Positions 46,478 through 56,462 of a DNA stretch of 64,000 nt are shown in pieces. Source of the stretch: Sphingomonas paucimobilis (GTDB lineage: Bacteria > Pseudomonadota > Alphaproteobacteria > Sphingomonadales > Sphingomonadaceae); the NCBI GenBank assembly GCA_943369235.1, contig CALRMO020000001.1, positions 8,211-72,210 of the forward strand. The letters are read 5' to 3'. The translations under genes and the position numbers were made by a program. A model generated the notes under the pieces. The model saw only the letters and a list, made by a program, of their open reading frames with translations. It was not told the origin of the DNA and did no database searches. Position 1 is the stretch's first letter. The number at the start of each line of letters is the position of its first letter.

Positions 46478-48285
46478 AAATGCATTCCGATGACCAGGCG
46501 GCTGTCGCGATTTCGTCGCGCACGCCATTTCTACTCTTGCTTATATGGTTACTCTGGTCGGCGATCATGCTGGCGTTCAATTTGCGCCAGGGCACTCCGC
46601 TTATGGTCGACCCCGATGACTTTATGCGGATGGCCGAAGTCCGTGACTGGATGAGCGGTCAAAGCTGGTTCGACGTCACGCAATACCGGATAAATCCGCC
46701 CGAAGGCGGCCCGATGCACTGGTCGCGTTTACTCGACGTCCCAATCGCAGCGATGATCACGATGTTCATGCTGTTTGTTTCGCAACCAGTTGCTGAACAT
46801 CTTACCACCGCGATATTGCCGTTGATGCTTTTGGGTTTGTTGATGTGGCTGATATTTCGGGCAACACGTATTCTGGCCGATGACCGTGTCGCCCTTTTGG
46901 CAGCTTTTCTCGTTCCAACCTATCCTCTGATAATACGACAGTTCATGCCGGGCCGGGTCGATCACCATGGCTGGCAAATCATCATGGCGGCTCTGGCAAT
47001 GCTAGCGCTGTTCGATCGCAGCCCGAAACGCGGTGCGGTTGTCATGGCCTTTGCGCTCTCTGTGTGGATGCACATCTCGATCGAGGGCCTGCCATACGCC
47101 GTCATGTTCGGCGGCTTACTCGCGTTATCCTATCTTTTCCCGGCAAAAATCGCGGGAAAATCAAGCGATTTGCGACTGTTCCCCTTCATGTTCGGCTTGG
47201 CTGCATTTTCCATCTTAATATTCGCGACGACCCAGTCCACGCTCAATTGGAACGTGGCCCATTGCGATGCTGTTTCGTGGCCTTTGCTGGCGGCGCTTAC
47301 TGTTGTGGGTGTCGGCCTGAGCATGGCCCAGTATATCGTGAAGCCCAAGAACATGACAGCCAAAGCTGTTATGCTGTCGCTTGCCGGTCTTAGCGGCGCG
47401 GTTGTTTTTTTGATGACATCGGATAGCTGCGCGCTGGATCCGTTCGGCAATCTTTCGCCTCTGGTACGCGAATACTGGCACGACACGATTAGTGAAGGTC
47501 TGCCGATTTACACGCAGGATCCGGCAGTTATCTCATTGCTGTTATTCGTCCCCATGCTCGCCGCAATATGGATGGCGATTGTGTGGCGGAGCGAGCAAGA
47601 TGACCTGCGCAGGAAGCAATGGCTGATGCTCGGAATGCTCGTCATGGCCGCTACATTATTATCGTTTAAAGTTCAAAGGACGGCCGGGGTTGCCGAACTG
47701 TTTGCCCTTCCCGCAATTGCGGCTTTGACGATTTTGCTCGTCCAGCGCATCACGAGTTCGCCAAAATTGCTGGTCCGTGTGGTTGGTTCCGCGTTTGCTG
47801 TAATCGCCTTGACTCCGATAGCCGCGTTTGTGGCGGGTAACGCGCTGATGGCATCTCCTGGCGAAAATAAGTCCGAAAAAAAACCAAAGGGCGACCAACG
47901 CAGATGCGACCTGGCCGATTTGAACCGTTTGCCGCCAGGACTGATTTTTACCACCATGGCGGCTGGCCCTGAAATATTGTACCGAACGCGGCACAGCGTT
48001 TATGTCAGCGGTTATCATCGTAACTATGTGGCGATGGATCGGCTTATCGCGGCAATGGTCGGCCCGGCAGAAAAAGCCCGCCCACTGCTTGACGCGGCCA
48101 AAATAGATTATGTCGTATTTTGCCCCGACCATTTCGAAGCACAGAGCTATACCCGCGATGGCAAACAAAATTTTGCGGCATCGTTAATGTCATCTGCGCC
48201 GCCGCAATGGTTGCAGCCGATTGACCGGTTCCCGGACAGCGCCATGCGCGTTTACCGCTATCGCCCGGAACGGGTCGGGCAATGA
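46474..48285 (+). CDS. GT-C fold, AglB/STT3-like membrane glycosyltransferase, paralog 1
   Basis: About 13 hydrophobic segments; DPDDFMR...WFD...PPEGGPMHW; PGRVDHHGWQ; periplasmic C-domain with TMAAGPEIL...GYHRN and IDYVVFCP. Confidence 0.75.
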   Translation: MKMHSDDQAAVAISSRTPFLLLLIWLLWSAIMLAFNLRQGTPLMVDPDDFMRMAEVRDWMSGQSWFDVTQYRINPPEGGPMHWSRLLDVPIAAMITMFMLFVSQPVAEHLTTAILPLMLLGLLMWLIFRATRILADDRVALLAAFLVPTYPLIIRQFMPGRVDHHGWQIIMAALAMLALFDRSPKRGAVVMAFALSVWMHISIEGLPYAVMFGGLLALSYLFPAKIAGKSSDLRLFPFMFGLAAFSILIFATTQSTLNWNVAHCDAVSWPLLAALTVVGVGLSMAQYIVKPKNMTAKAVMLSLAGLSGAVVFLMTSDSCALDPFGNLSPLVREYWHDTISEGLPIYTQDPAVISLLLFVPMLAAIWMAIVWRSEQDDLRRKQWLMLGMLVMAATLLSFKVQRTAGVAELFALPAIAALTILLVQRITSSPKLLVRVVGSAFAVIALTPIAAFVAGNALMASPGENKSEKKPKGDQRRCDLADLNRLPPGLIFTTMAAGPEILYRTRHSVYVSGYHRNYVAMDRLIAAMVGPAEKARPLLDAAKIDYVVFCPDHFEAQSYTRDGKQNFAASLMSSAPPQWLQPIDRFPDSAMRVYRYRPERVGQ

Positions 48286-50045
48286 CATTCCCTGAAACAC
48301 AGGCGATGCGGTTAGGTCCCGCATATTTCAGTTTCGCGATTTTCGCCTTATGTGCTGCCATCCTCATCTGGTCAGGATGGACTGAAGTGACGACGCTATC
48401 GGGTTGGGATCCCGACGATCGGTTGCGGCTCGTTCAGCTTAGGAATTTTCTGGGCGGGCAAAGCTGGTTCGATACCACTCAATACCGGATGAACCCGCCT
48501 TATGGCGCACCGATGCACTGGTCGCGGCTGGTCGAGCTGCCGCTGGCGCTACTTGTCCTTCTATTCGCCCCTATTTTTGGCCAGGCGACAGCCGAAATGA
48601 TAGCAGGGACAACCGTGCCTTTGTTGCTGCTCGGGGCGATCACTTTCATGCTTTCGCGGATTGCAACCGCCTTGGGGTCGCGTGAAGCTGGTTTTGCCGC
48701 CCAGCTGATCACGCTTTCGTCGGGAGCCTTACTTGTCCAGACCCGACCGATGCGGATCGATCACCATGGCTGGCAAATTGCGATGGCAGTATTGGCACTA
48801 TGGACAATGTTTTGGCCGCAGGCACGCAAGGCCGGGGTGATCCTCGGGATTGCGCTCGGCGTCTGGTTGCACATCAGTCTGGAAGGCGCGCCGATGACGG
48901 CGGCTTTTTTCGTATTGCTTGGGCTGCGCTGGGTCAGGGACGTCAGCGAGGGGCAGCGGTTGTTCTGGACGATCGGCAGTTTCGCCGTCACGTCGAGTAT
49001 ATTGTTTTTCGGCACTCAGGCCCATGGGCTGGCGTCCGTTATATATTGCGACACGGTGTCGCCGCCGCATCTTGAAGCGATATTGCTGGCAGCGGTTCTG
49101 ATGCTTGCCGCGATCCGGATTTTGCCCGACGACTGGCGATTTCGGGTTGCTGCGGCGGCGATGGCCGGGCTGGGCGCGGTGATAGTTATCTTCGCCCAAG
49201 CGCCGCAATGTCTTGGCGGCGCGTTCGGCAATATGGATCCGTTGATCCGCGAATACTGGTATTCCAAAATCGATGAGGGCTTGCCAGTTTGGCACCAGTC
49301 ATGGCGCACCGCGATTTTGCTCGGTTCCGGACTGGTCTGCGGCGCAGGCAGCTGGCTCGTGCTTCGATCCAGGTTAAAGCGCGGCGACCGGCATAAGCTC
49401 GATACGATCGGCTTCTTCCTGTTCTACGGATTTCTTTTGTCGATACTCGTCATCCGCACAGTGTCGGTTGCAACCGCTTTCGCCATTCCGGCAACCGCGA
49501 CGCTCATTGCGTTGTTGTTCGAAAAATACCGCAAGTCGGGCGTACCGGCGCGCCGGATCGGACTGGTGGCGATGATGCTGGCCTTGCTCGTCCCAGGTGC
49601 CGTTATCAACTCGCTTGTCCAGCTTGTGCCGGATCATCCCAAAAAGGCAGCCACATCCACGTCGAACGATGCATGTCAGTCGGCATACTCGGTCCGCGCC
49701 CTGTCGGCCTTGCCCAAGGGCAATTTTCTTGCCCCGTTCGATATGGGGCCGACGATCCTCGCCCAAACGCCGCACAGCGTTCTGGCGAGCAGCCATCATC
49801 GCAATGTCCGCGGGATGCACGATCATATCGAAATCTTCCGGTCGAAACCGGAAGATGCGCATGCTTTGTTGAAGACGCACGGTATTGGCTATCTGGCCTA
49901 TTGCCCGGAAGAAGCCGAACTTGGCTTCTATCAAAAGAAGGACCCGGCGGGCCTGTGGGCGCAGATCAACAAGCGCAATGCGCCGATATGGCTTGAGCCG
50001 CTACCCGATATGGGGAAAGGCATTAAGGTCTGGCGCGTTCGCTAA
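48282..50045 (+). CDS. GT-C fold, AglB/STT3-like membrane glycosyltransferase, paralog 2
   Basis: DPDDRLR...WFD...NPPYGAPMHW; PMRIDHHGWQ; PFDMGPTIL...SHHRN; ATGA overlap with paralog 1. Confidence 0.75.
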   Translation: MTFPETQAMRLGPAYFSFAIFALCAAILIWSGWTEVTTLSGWDPDDRLRLVQLRNFLGGQSWFDTTQYRMNPPYGAPMHWSRLVELPLALLVLLFAPIFGQATAEMIAGTTVPLLLLGAITFMLSRIATALGSREAGFAAQLITLSSGALLVQTRPMRIDHHGWQIAMAVLALWTMFWPQARKAGVILGIALGVWLHISLEGAPMTAAFFVLLGLRWVRDVSEGQRLFWTIGSFAVTSSILFFGTQAHGLASVIYCDTVSPPHLEAILLAAVLMLAAIRILPDDWRFRVAAAAMAGLGAVIVIFAQAPQCLGGAFGNMDPLIREYWYSKIDEGLPVWHQSWRTAILLGSGLVCGAGSWLVLRSRLKRGDRHKLDTIGFFLFYGFLLSILVIRTVSVATAFAIPATATLIALLFEKYRKSGVPARRIGLVAMMLALLVPGAVINSLVQLVPDHPKKAATSTSNDACQSAYSVRALSALPKGNFLAPFDMGPTILAQTPHSVLASSHHRNVRGMHDHIEIFRSKPEDAHALLKTHGIGYLAYCPEEAELGFYQKKDPAGLWAQINKRNAPIWLEPLPDMGKGIKVWRVR

Positions 50046-50800
50046 AGATGCATGAAGTCGCGGTCGAAGCTTTTCAGATGCGCGCCACCATCGACGAAAA
50101 TAATCTGGCCAGTGACATCGCGTGCGTGCGCCAGATACAGCACCGCATCGGCCACGCCCGAAGGCGATGGCAAGTTGCCCAGCGGCATCATTGGAGCCAG
50201 CCGCTTCTCTTGTGCAGCATCATAGTCATCGGTTGAAATCACGAGCCCCGGAGCAACGCCGTTTACGCGCGCTCGCGATCCGAACGATGCCGCCATCGAA
50301 CGCACCGATGCGGCAAGCGCCTGTTTTGAAAGCGTGTAGCTAATCTGGTCGCGATGCGGGTTTGTAATCCGCTGATCGACGACGTTCACGATCGCGGGCC
50401 GATTATCGGGGCCAGCCGCTTTGACCAATGCCTGCGCCAACAGCAGCGGTGTAAACAGATTGAGGCGGAAATGGGCGTCCAGGGTGTCGAGGCTCATCAT
50501 TTCCCAATCGTCCTGTCCGAACATCGCTGCACTGTTGACGAGCAGGTCGGGCGCTCGGCCGAAATGTGACTCGACAGCCTCCATCAAGGGTCCTGTGGAG
50601 CCTGGATTGCTCAGGTCGAAGATAAAGGAATTCCAGTTGGTGCTTTGCTCGTCAAGCACTGCCAGCAGATCGGGTTCCGGTTGCTTGTCGAGATGGCTGA
50701 CGAGCGCGAGCTGATAGCCTGCCCCCGCGAGCTTGGCTGCGATTTCCGCCCCGAGCCTGCGCTTGCCGCCCGTGACGAGGGCCAGCGGCGCAGCGTTCAC
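50042..50800 (-). CDS. SDR oxidoreductase (pteridine reductase/FolM-like)
   Basis: TGGKRRLG, LVNSA, YTLSK, RVNGVAPG; coupled to the folB-like gene. Confidence 0.88.
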   Translation of the reverse strand: MNAAPLALVTGGKRRLGAEIAAKLAGAGYQLALVSHLDKQPEPDLLAVLDEQSTNWNSFIFDLSNPGSTGPLMEAVESHFGRAPDLLVNSAAMFGQDDWEMMSLDTLDAHFRLNLFTPLLLAQALVKAAGPDNRPAIVNVVDQRITNPHRDQISYTLSKQALAASVRSMAASFGSRARVNGVAPGLVISTDDYDAAQEKRLAPMMPLGNLPSPSGVADAVLYLAHARDVTGQIIFVDGGAHLKSFDRDFMHL

Positions 50801-51165
50801 GTGCGGCTCCGCGACATCGTAATGCCGATGGCTTCACCGTCCTCGGCGATTGCCAGCTTCACGATTTTGACGACGATGTGGCTGATCCGCGAGTCGTCGG
50901 CGAACAAAGTGTCGATGATATGGTCGGCCACGGCCTCGATGAGCGTGAAGTGCACGCCCTCGGGCAAATGGGTCGCGGCCTCTTTCAAGGTCATATAGTT
51001 TTTGGATGCGGATAAAGGCGTATCGGGCTCATAATGATCCGCCATGTCGAGCGTCGCACTGATCGAAATCTTCAGCGGCTGCGGCAGGTGCGTTTCCTGG
51101 CTGTAAATGCCGGTGAGAACATTGACGACGAGGTCGTGAACTTCAAGGATGAGGCTATCTGGCAT
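50797..51165 (-). CDS. folB: Dihydroneopterin aldolase-like protein
   Basis: TGIYSQETHLPQPL, KNYM, HFTLIEAVAD, VKIVKL. Confidence 0.75.
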   Translation of the reverse strand: MPDSLILEVHDLVVNVLTGIYSQETHLPQPLKISISATLDMADHYEPDTPLSASKNYMTLKEAATHLPEGVHFTLIEAVADHIIDTLFADDSRISHIVVKIVKLAIAEDGEAIGITMSRSRT

Positions 51166-51173
51166 GGTGCTCC

Positions 51174-52052
51174 CTAACGCGACCAGCGCGCAAATATCGC
51201 GGTTGGCAGTAATAGCCCGCGCTTCTTTTCGCGGACGGCCAATTCGCCGAATTCGACCTTTCCCGGCAAGTCGGCGAAATGCGACTGCAGCAGTCCGCCC
51301 AGCGCCAGCGCGGACATCCGAACTGCATAAACGGTCAGAAACAGGAAGCGCGAATTGGCGTCGAGCAGCTTGCGACAATTGGCGATAAGAGCGGGGAGAT
51401 CTTCTTCCAGCCGCCAGATTTCACCTTCGGGACCACGACCATATTTGGGCGGGTCGAGCAAGATGCCGTCATAGCGTTTTTCGCGGCGAACTTCGCGCGC
51501 GACGAATTTTGCGGCGTCGTCGACGATCCAGCGGATCGGCCGGTCGGCCATGCCCGATAGCTCGGCATTGGCTCTCGCCTGCGAAACTGACTTCTTCGAC
51601 GCATCGACATGCACCATCTGCGCGCCTGCCGCGGACAGCGCCAATGTGCCGACACCGGTATAGCCGAAGAGGTTCATGGCCACTGGCTCTGCAACATCGG
51701 TAATTTCACCCCGCATCCAGCGCCAGACGGGGTCCATATCGGGGAAAAAGCCGAGATGGCGGAAAGGGGTGCAGGATGCGGTGAAGCTGACCTCGTCATT
51801 CCAGGTGAGCGGCCAACCGTCCATCGGCACCGGTCGGTTGTTGTACCAGCGTCCGCCGCCCTCTTCGTCCGAGCCGGGGACAAATTCGGCATCGGCATCC
51901 CAGTCATCTGCCGCCGGTGCCCACATGGCTTGCGGCTCGGGGCGGATGAAGCGACGGTCGCCATAGCTTTCATACTTGCGACCATTGCCGCTGTCGATCA
52001 GCGTGTAATCGTCGCGCGGTTCGCTGACCAGGGTAACGAAATTCGGTTGCAT
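51174..52052 (-). CDS. Class I SAM-dependent methyltransferase (RlmI/RlmK-like)
   Basis: DSGNGRKYE, FRHLGFFPD, NLFGYTG, HVDASKK, LLDPPKYGRGP. Confidence 0.9.
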   Translation of the reverse strand: MQPNFVTLVSEPRDDYTLIDSGNGRKYESYGDRRFIRPEPQAMWAPAADDWDADAEFVPGSDEEGGGRWYNNRPVPMDGWPLTWNDEVSFTASCTPFRHLGFFPDMDPVWRWMRGEITDVAEPVAMNLFGYTGVGTLALSAAGAQMVHVDASKKSVSQARANAELSGMADRPIRWIVDDAAKFVAREVRREKRYDGILLDPPKYGRGPEGEIWRLEEDLPALIANCRKLLDANSRFLFLTVYAVRMSALALGGLLQSHFADLPGKVEFGELAVREKKRGLLLPTAIFARWSR

Positions 52053-52053
52053 C

Positions 52054-53460
52054 TCAGCGGACGGCGCGCGCCAGCACATAGTCGCGGACGGCTTCATAAT
52101 CTCCCGGCAACACATCGAATCGTTCTTCGCGGTCGAACAGTCGCGATACGCGCTTGGGCAGCGAGGGGCGAACCCCGGTCGCGCGCTCGACCGCATCAGG
52201 GAATTTGGCAGGATGCGCGGTTGCCAGTGTTACCACGGGGACGTCCGCCGAAACGCCTGCACTGCGCGCAGCGTGCAGCGCAATTGCGGTGTGCGGGTCG
52301 ATAATCTCACCGCATTCCTCATGCGCCCAGCGCATGGCCAGCGCCATTTCGTCGGCATCGGCGCGTGCGCTTTTCATCAGCGATGCCCGGTTGCGCATGT
52401 CGGCAGACAAGACCATTTTGCCCATCTGCTCGAACCATTTCATCCGCGCGGCAGTCGTCGAGCCGTCGCGACCTTCAAGATCAAACAGCAGGCGCTCGAA
52501 ATTACTCGATACCTGGATGTCCATTGAGGGCGCTGCGGTCGGGGTTACCAAGCCGATGGAATAATCGCCCTTGGCCAAAGCGCGGTGAAGGATGTCATTG
52601 ACGTTGGTGGCAACGATCAGGCGCTCGACCGGCAGCCCCATTTGCGCGGCGACATAGCCAGCAAAAACATCGCCGAAATTGCCCGTCGGAACGGAAAAAG
52701 CGACCTGTCGCTCGGGCGCGCCAAGCCGGAGTGCCGCGTAAAAATAATAGACGACCTGCGCCATCAGCCGCGCCCAGTTGATCGAATTGACCGCCGAAAG
52801 GGTAAGCGGCCCGTTGACTTCGCGGTCGCCGAACATGCGCTTCACCATCGCCTGCGCATCATCGAAGCTGCCCTCGATTGCGATGTTATGGACATTCGGC
52901 GCAAGGATAGTCGTCATCTGCCGCCGTTGCACGTCGGATACGCGCCCGTGCGGATGAAGCATGAAGATTTCGATCTGGTCACGCCCGGCCACGGCGTCGA
53001 TCGCGGCGGAACCAGTGTCCCCCGACGTCGCGCCGACGATCGTCAGCTTCTTGTCGGTGCCGCTCAAGAATCGCTCGAACAATTGCCCGAGCAATTGGAG
53101 CGCTACGTCCTTGAACGCCAGCGTGGGGCCATGGAACAACTCGAGCAGGAAATGCTGGCTGTCGAGCTGCTTGAGCGGAGTAACCGCTGCATGCGAGAAC
53201 GAACCGTAAGCCGCCTTGCACAAATCCTTAAGTTCGTCTTCGGTCAGCACGCCCGAAGTAAATGGCGCCATTACCCGGGCCGCGAGGTCGACATAATTCA
53301 GCCCGCGCATTTCGAAAATTTGCTCAGGCGTGAACTGTGGCCAGTGGCGCGGCACATACAGCCCGCCGTCGCTCGCCAGCCCGGTCAGCGTGACGCCTGC
53401 GAAATCGAGCGCGTCGGCATTGCCTCTGGTGCTGATGAATTCGGTTCGGTTAATCCCCAT
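52054..53460 (-). CDS. thrC: Threonine synthase
   Basis: FISTRG, GLASDGGLYVP, ELFHGPTLAFKD, ATSGDTG, NSINWAR, TAHPAKF. Confidence 0.97.
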   Translation of the reverse strand: MGINRTEFISTRGNADALDFAGVTLTGLASDGGLYVPRHWPQFTPEQIFEMRGLNYVDLAARVMAPFTSGVLTEDELKDLCKAAYGSFSHAAVTPLKQLDSQHFLLELFHGPTLAFKDVALQLLGQLFERFLSGTDKKLTIVGATSGDTGSAAIDAVAGRDQIEIFMLHPHGRVSDVQRRQMTTILAPNVHNIAIEGSFDDAQAMVKRMFGDREVNGPLTLSAVNSINWARLMAQVVYYFYAALRLGAPERQVAFSVPTGNFGDVFAGYVAAQMGLPVERLIVATNVNDILHRALAKGDYSIGLVTPTAAPSMDIQVSSNFERLLFDLEGRDGSTTAARMKWFEQMGKMVLSADMRNRASLMKSARADADEMALAMRWAHEECGEIIDPHTAIALHAARSAGVSADVPVVTLATAHPAKFPDAVERATGVRPSLPKRVSRLFDREERFDVLPGDYEAVRDYVLARAVR

Positions 53461-53501
53461 GACGCGCAAGCGGTTAGCCGTGCCGGGTTCAATCCGCAAG
53501 A

Positions 53502-55088
53502 TTATTGCAGGTGAGCTCTCACGAAATCGGCGCATCTTTCGCCAATCATGATGCTTGGCGCATTGGTGTTGCCCGAAACGAGGCGCGGCATGATGCTCGC
53601 GTCAGCGACGTAGAGGCCTTGCAGCCCGCGATACCGAAGTTGCGGATCGACCACGTCGTCGGCGTTCGCGCCCATCCGGCAGGTGCCGACTGGGTGGTAA
53701 ACGGTATCGGCGCGGCTCCGGATGAGTGTGTCGAGAGCATCATCATCGCCGATATCTACGGGATGACGATCCTTGCCATTATAGGCTTTAAGCGAGGGGG
53801 CGTCGAAAATCCGGTGCATTTCTCGGACGCCGCGCCGCAGCGTCTCCATGTCGCGATCATCCGCCAGAAAGTTTGGATCGATCAATGGTGCCTTCGTTGC
53901 ATCGGCCGACGCGAGCCGGACCGTCCCCCGGCTTTCGGGTCGAAGCACACACGCGTGGCAGCTGAACCCATGGCCTTTAACTTTCGACCGGCCATGGTCT
54001 TCGAGCATTGCCGGGACAAAATGATATTGGATATCGGGTGCAGGCAGTTCCGGTTTCGACCGCCAAAATCCGCCCGCTTCGGCAAAACAGGTGGTCATCA
54101 CACCCGTCCGGGTCCTTCGGTGCTGGACAATTGCCTTGATCATCCGGCCGGTACCCGCGAGCGAATCGCCGAAGAAATCGTCCCTGGATTCGGTTTCGAA
54201 ACTCGAAACATAATCGATATGGTCTTGCAGGTCCGAACCGACTGCGGCCTTGTCGTGAACCACCTCGATTCCAACATCCTTGAGATGGTTCGCTGGCCCT
54301 ATCCCCGAAAGCATCAAAAGCTGCGGACTGCCGAATGCTCCCGCCGACAAGATGACCGCGCCGCGCGCTTTTATCGTCCGCTTTCTCCCCCAGCCCTGCC
54401 GGATAATGACGCCCGTGGCGCGGCCATTTTCGACGATTATCTTTTCGGTCAAGGCCCCGGTGATGACGTTAATCCGGTTGCGCGCGGGCTCGACATAGGC
54501 GCGCGCAGCCGTCCAGCGCTCGCCGCCTTTCTGGGTTACCTGATAGAGTCCAAAGCCGTCCTGGTTCACGCCGTTGAAATCGGCATTGAGCGGCAACTGC
54601 ATTTCAGCAGCGGCCTCGATAAAGGCAAGGCTGCCCGCCTGCGGCCAGCGTTGATCCATGACCGACAAAGGGCCGCCTGATCCGTGGAAGGGATTTGCCC
54701 CGCGTTCATTGTCTTCGCAGCGTTTGAATACCGGAAGCACGTCGTCATAGGACCAGCCATCGCACCCAAGCGCGGCCCAATTGTCATAATCCCATTTGTG
54801 ACCGCGAATATACACCATGGCATTGATCGCACTCGACCCCCCGAGCCCGCGCCCGCGTGGCTGATATCCGGCGCGACCGTTCAGGCCTTTTTGCGGAACC
54901 GTTTCATATTTCCAGTTCGACGAATTGCGGATGAAGGGCATGAAACCGGGAGTTTTGATCAACATATTGTTGTTGCTGCCGCCGGCCTCGATCAGGCACA
55001 CCGTGTACTTGCCGCCTTCGGACAACCGCCCCGCCGCGGCGCTACCGGCAGATCCGCCGCCAATCACAATGATGTCGAATTCGTCCAT
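53502..55088 (-). CDS. GMC family oxidoreductase
   Basis: GGGSAG, PRGRGLGGSSAINAMVY, GAFGSPQLLMLSGIG, YHPVGTCRMG, GNTNAP. Confidence 0.96.
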   Translation of the reverse strand: MDEFDIIVIGGGSAGSAAAGRLSEGGKYTVCLIEAGGSNNNMLIKTPGFMPFIRNSSNWKYETVPQKGLNGRAGYQPRGRGLGGSSAINAMVYIRGHKWDYDNWAALGCDGWSYDDVLPVFKRCEDNERGANPFHGSGGPLSVMDQRWPQAGSLAFIEAAAEMQLPLNADFNGVNQDGFGLYQVTQKGGERWTAARAYVEPARNRINVITGALTEKIIVENGRATGVIIRQGWGRKRTIKARGAVILSAGAFGSPQLLMLSGIGPANHLKDVGIEVVHDKAAVGSDLQDHIDYVSSFETESRDDFFGDSLAGTGRMIKAIVQHRRTRTGVMTTCFAEAGGFWRSKPELPAPDIQYHFVPAMLEDHGRSKVKGHGFSCHACVLRPESRGTVRLASADATKAPLIDPNFLADDRDMETLRRGVREMHRIFDAPSLKAYNGKDRHPVDIGDDDALDTLIRSRADTVYHPVGTCRMGANADDVVDPQLRYRGLQGLYVADASIMPRLVSGNTNAPSIMIGERCADFVRAHLQ

Positions 55089-55152
55089 GATCTCTCCTCT
55101 TGGAGCGAGGGTTTAAGCGGACGATTAAATACTGGCAATAGCGTAAATAGCG

Positions 55153-56049
55153 CTATTCTGCAGGCTGCTGCTGCCGTTCCAGCCAACGCGTTCTGATCGT
55201 ATCCGAGGTGTCGCGGCTATTATCGTGGCTCCAGCCTGGAGGTCGCCACATATAGGAAAATTTGTGCCGCCACGGTGCCGCCCAAACATCCCGTGCAATA
55301 CCGATCCATTCGTGAAAAACGCTCCACAAAAGGTTGAAGGTTCCGAGCTGCCTCACGACGCCATAGCGGATCTTTTCGCCTTCGACTTCTTCGGTAAAGG
55401 TGCTGAAAATGCGGTCCCAGATAATGAAGGTGCCTGCGTAATTCTGGTCGAGATAACGCGGGTTGGTCGCGTGATGGACGCGGTGATGGCTTGGCGAGTT
55501 CATGACATATTCGAACCATCGCGGGAATTTGCCAATGGCCTCGGTGTGGATCCAGAACTGGTAAATGAGGTTGATTGCGCTGACGAACAGCAGCATCGCC
55601 GGATGAAAACCGACGAGCGCGAGCGGGATGCGAAAGATGAAGCTCAGCGCGAAAAATCCGGTCCATGTCTGGCGCAGTGCCGTCGACAAATTATAATGCT
55701 GGCTTGAATGATGGTTTACATGGCTCGCCCAGAACCAGCGGACGCGATGGCCAGTGCGGTGCGCCCAATAATAGGCAAAATCGTCGAGCACGAAGCACAG
55801 CACAAACGCCCACCAGGCCCAGCCGATCTCGAAAAGGCGATGCTCGTAGAGCCACATTGCAAGCGTGAACACAAACGCACCGGTCAACGCCCCCGCGACG
55901 GTGCTGCCCGTGCCGAGCGCCAGCGAGGTCAGCGTGTCACGCGGCTCATATTTCTCGGGTGCCTTGCGCCGTGCCCAAAGCATTTCAAGCACGACAAGAA
56001 TGATGAAGGCCGGTATTGCGTAATCGACGGGGCTGAAAAGTTCCGGCAT
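55153..56049 (-). CDS. Sterol desaturase/fatty acid hydroxylase family (alkylglycerol monooxygenase-like)
   Basis: His boxes YYWAHR, HVNHH, FWIH, HHRVHH; NYAG-IIWDR. Confidence 0.9.
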   Translation of the reverse strand: MPELFSPVDYAIPAFIILVVLEMLWARRKAPEKYEPRDTLTSLALGTGSTVAGALTGAFVFTLAMWLYEHRLFEIGWAWWAFVLCFVLDDFAYYWAHRTGHRVRWFWASHVNHHSSQHYNLSTALRQTWTGFFALSFIFRIPLALVGFHPAMLLFVSAINLIYQFWIHTEAIGKFPRWFEYVMNSPSHHRVHHATNPRYLDQNYAGTFIIWDRIFSTFTEEVEGEKIRYGVVRQLGTFNLLWSVFHEWIGIARDVWAAPWRHKFSYMWRPPGWSHDNSRDTSDTIRTRWLERQQQPAE

Positions 56050-56050
56050 C

Positions 56051-56452
56051 TCAAACCTGCAAATGCCGCAAACCGGCAGCCCAACATTGAGCTTGCTCGC
56101 CAAGGTTCAGGGTGATCGTACCGAAGGTTCGTTCGCCGGTTCCGATCGTTAGAAATTTCTGGTCCAGCCGGGCATCGCTATGGCTGTCGAGCAGCCGACC
56201 CGCCCATGATGCGCCATGGCGGCGCACAAGCAAATGGCGGCCATCGGCGTCGCGCATCAACGCCCCGATGCCAGCCTTGTCGATGGCGATGTCCACCGGG
56301 TCGAAGCCGCAGATTATTTCATCGGCAATGGCGCGCGCCTGCTCTTCGCTGCGGATACGAACATCGCCGCCAAGCTGCCAGTGCCGGGCAAGCCAGGCGA
56401 GAAACAGGATGGCGAGAACCGAACCTGCCAGTTTAAGCAACTCTGCGGTCAC
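56051..56452 (-). CDS. Hypothetical protein with N-terminal TM helix
   Basis: Tightly packed in the minus-strand run, normal codon usage. Confidence 0.7.
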   Translation of the reverse strand: MTAELLKLAGSVLAILFLAWLARHWQLGGDVRIRSEEQARAIADEIICGFDPVDIAIDKAGIGALMRDADGRHLLVRRHGASWAGRLLDSHSDARLDQKFLTIGTGERTFGTITLNLGEQAQCWAAGLRHLQV

Positions 56453-56462
56453 TTCTCTGTCC

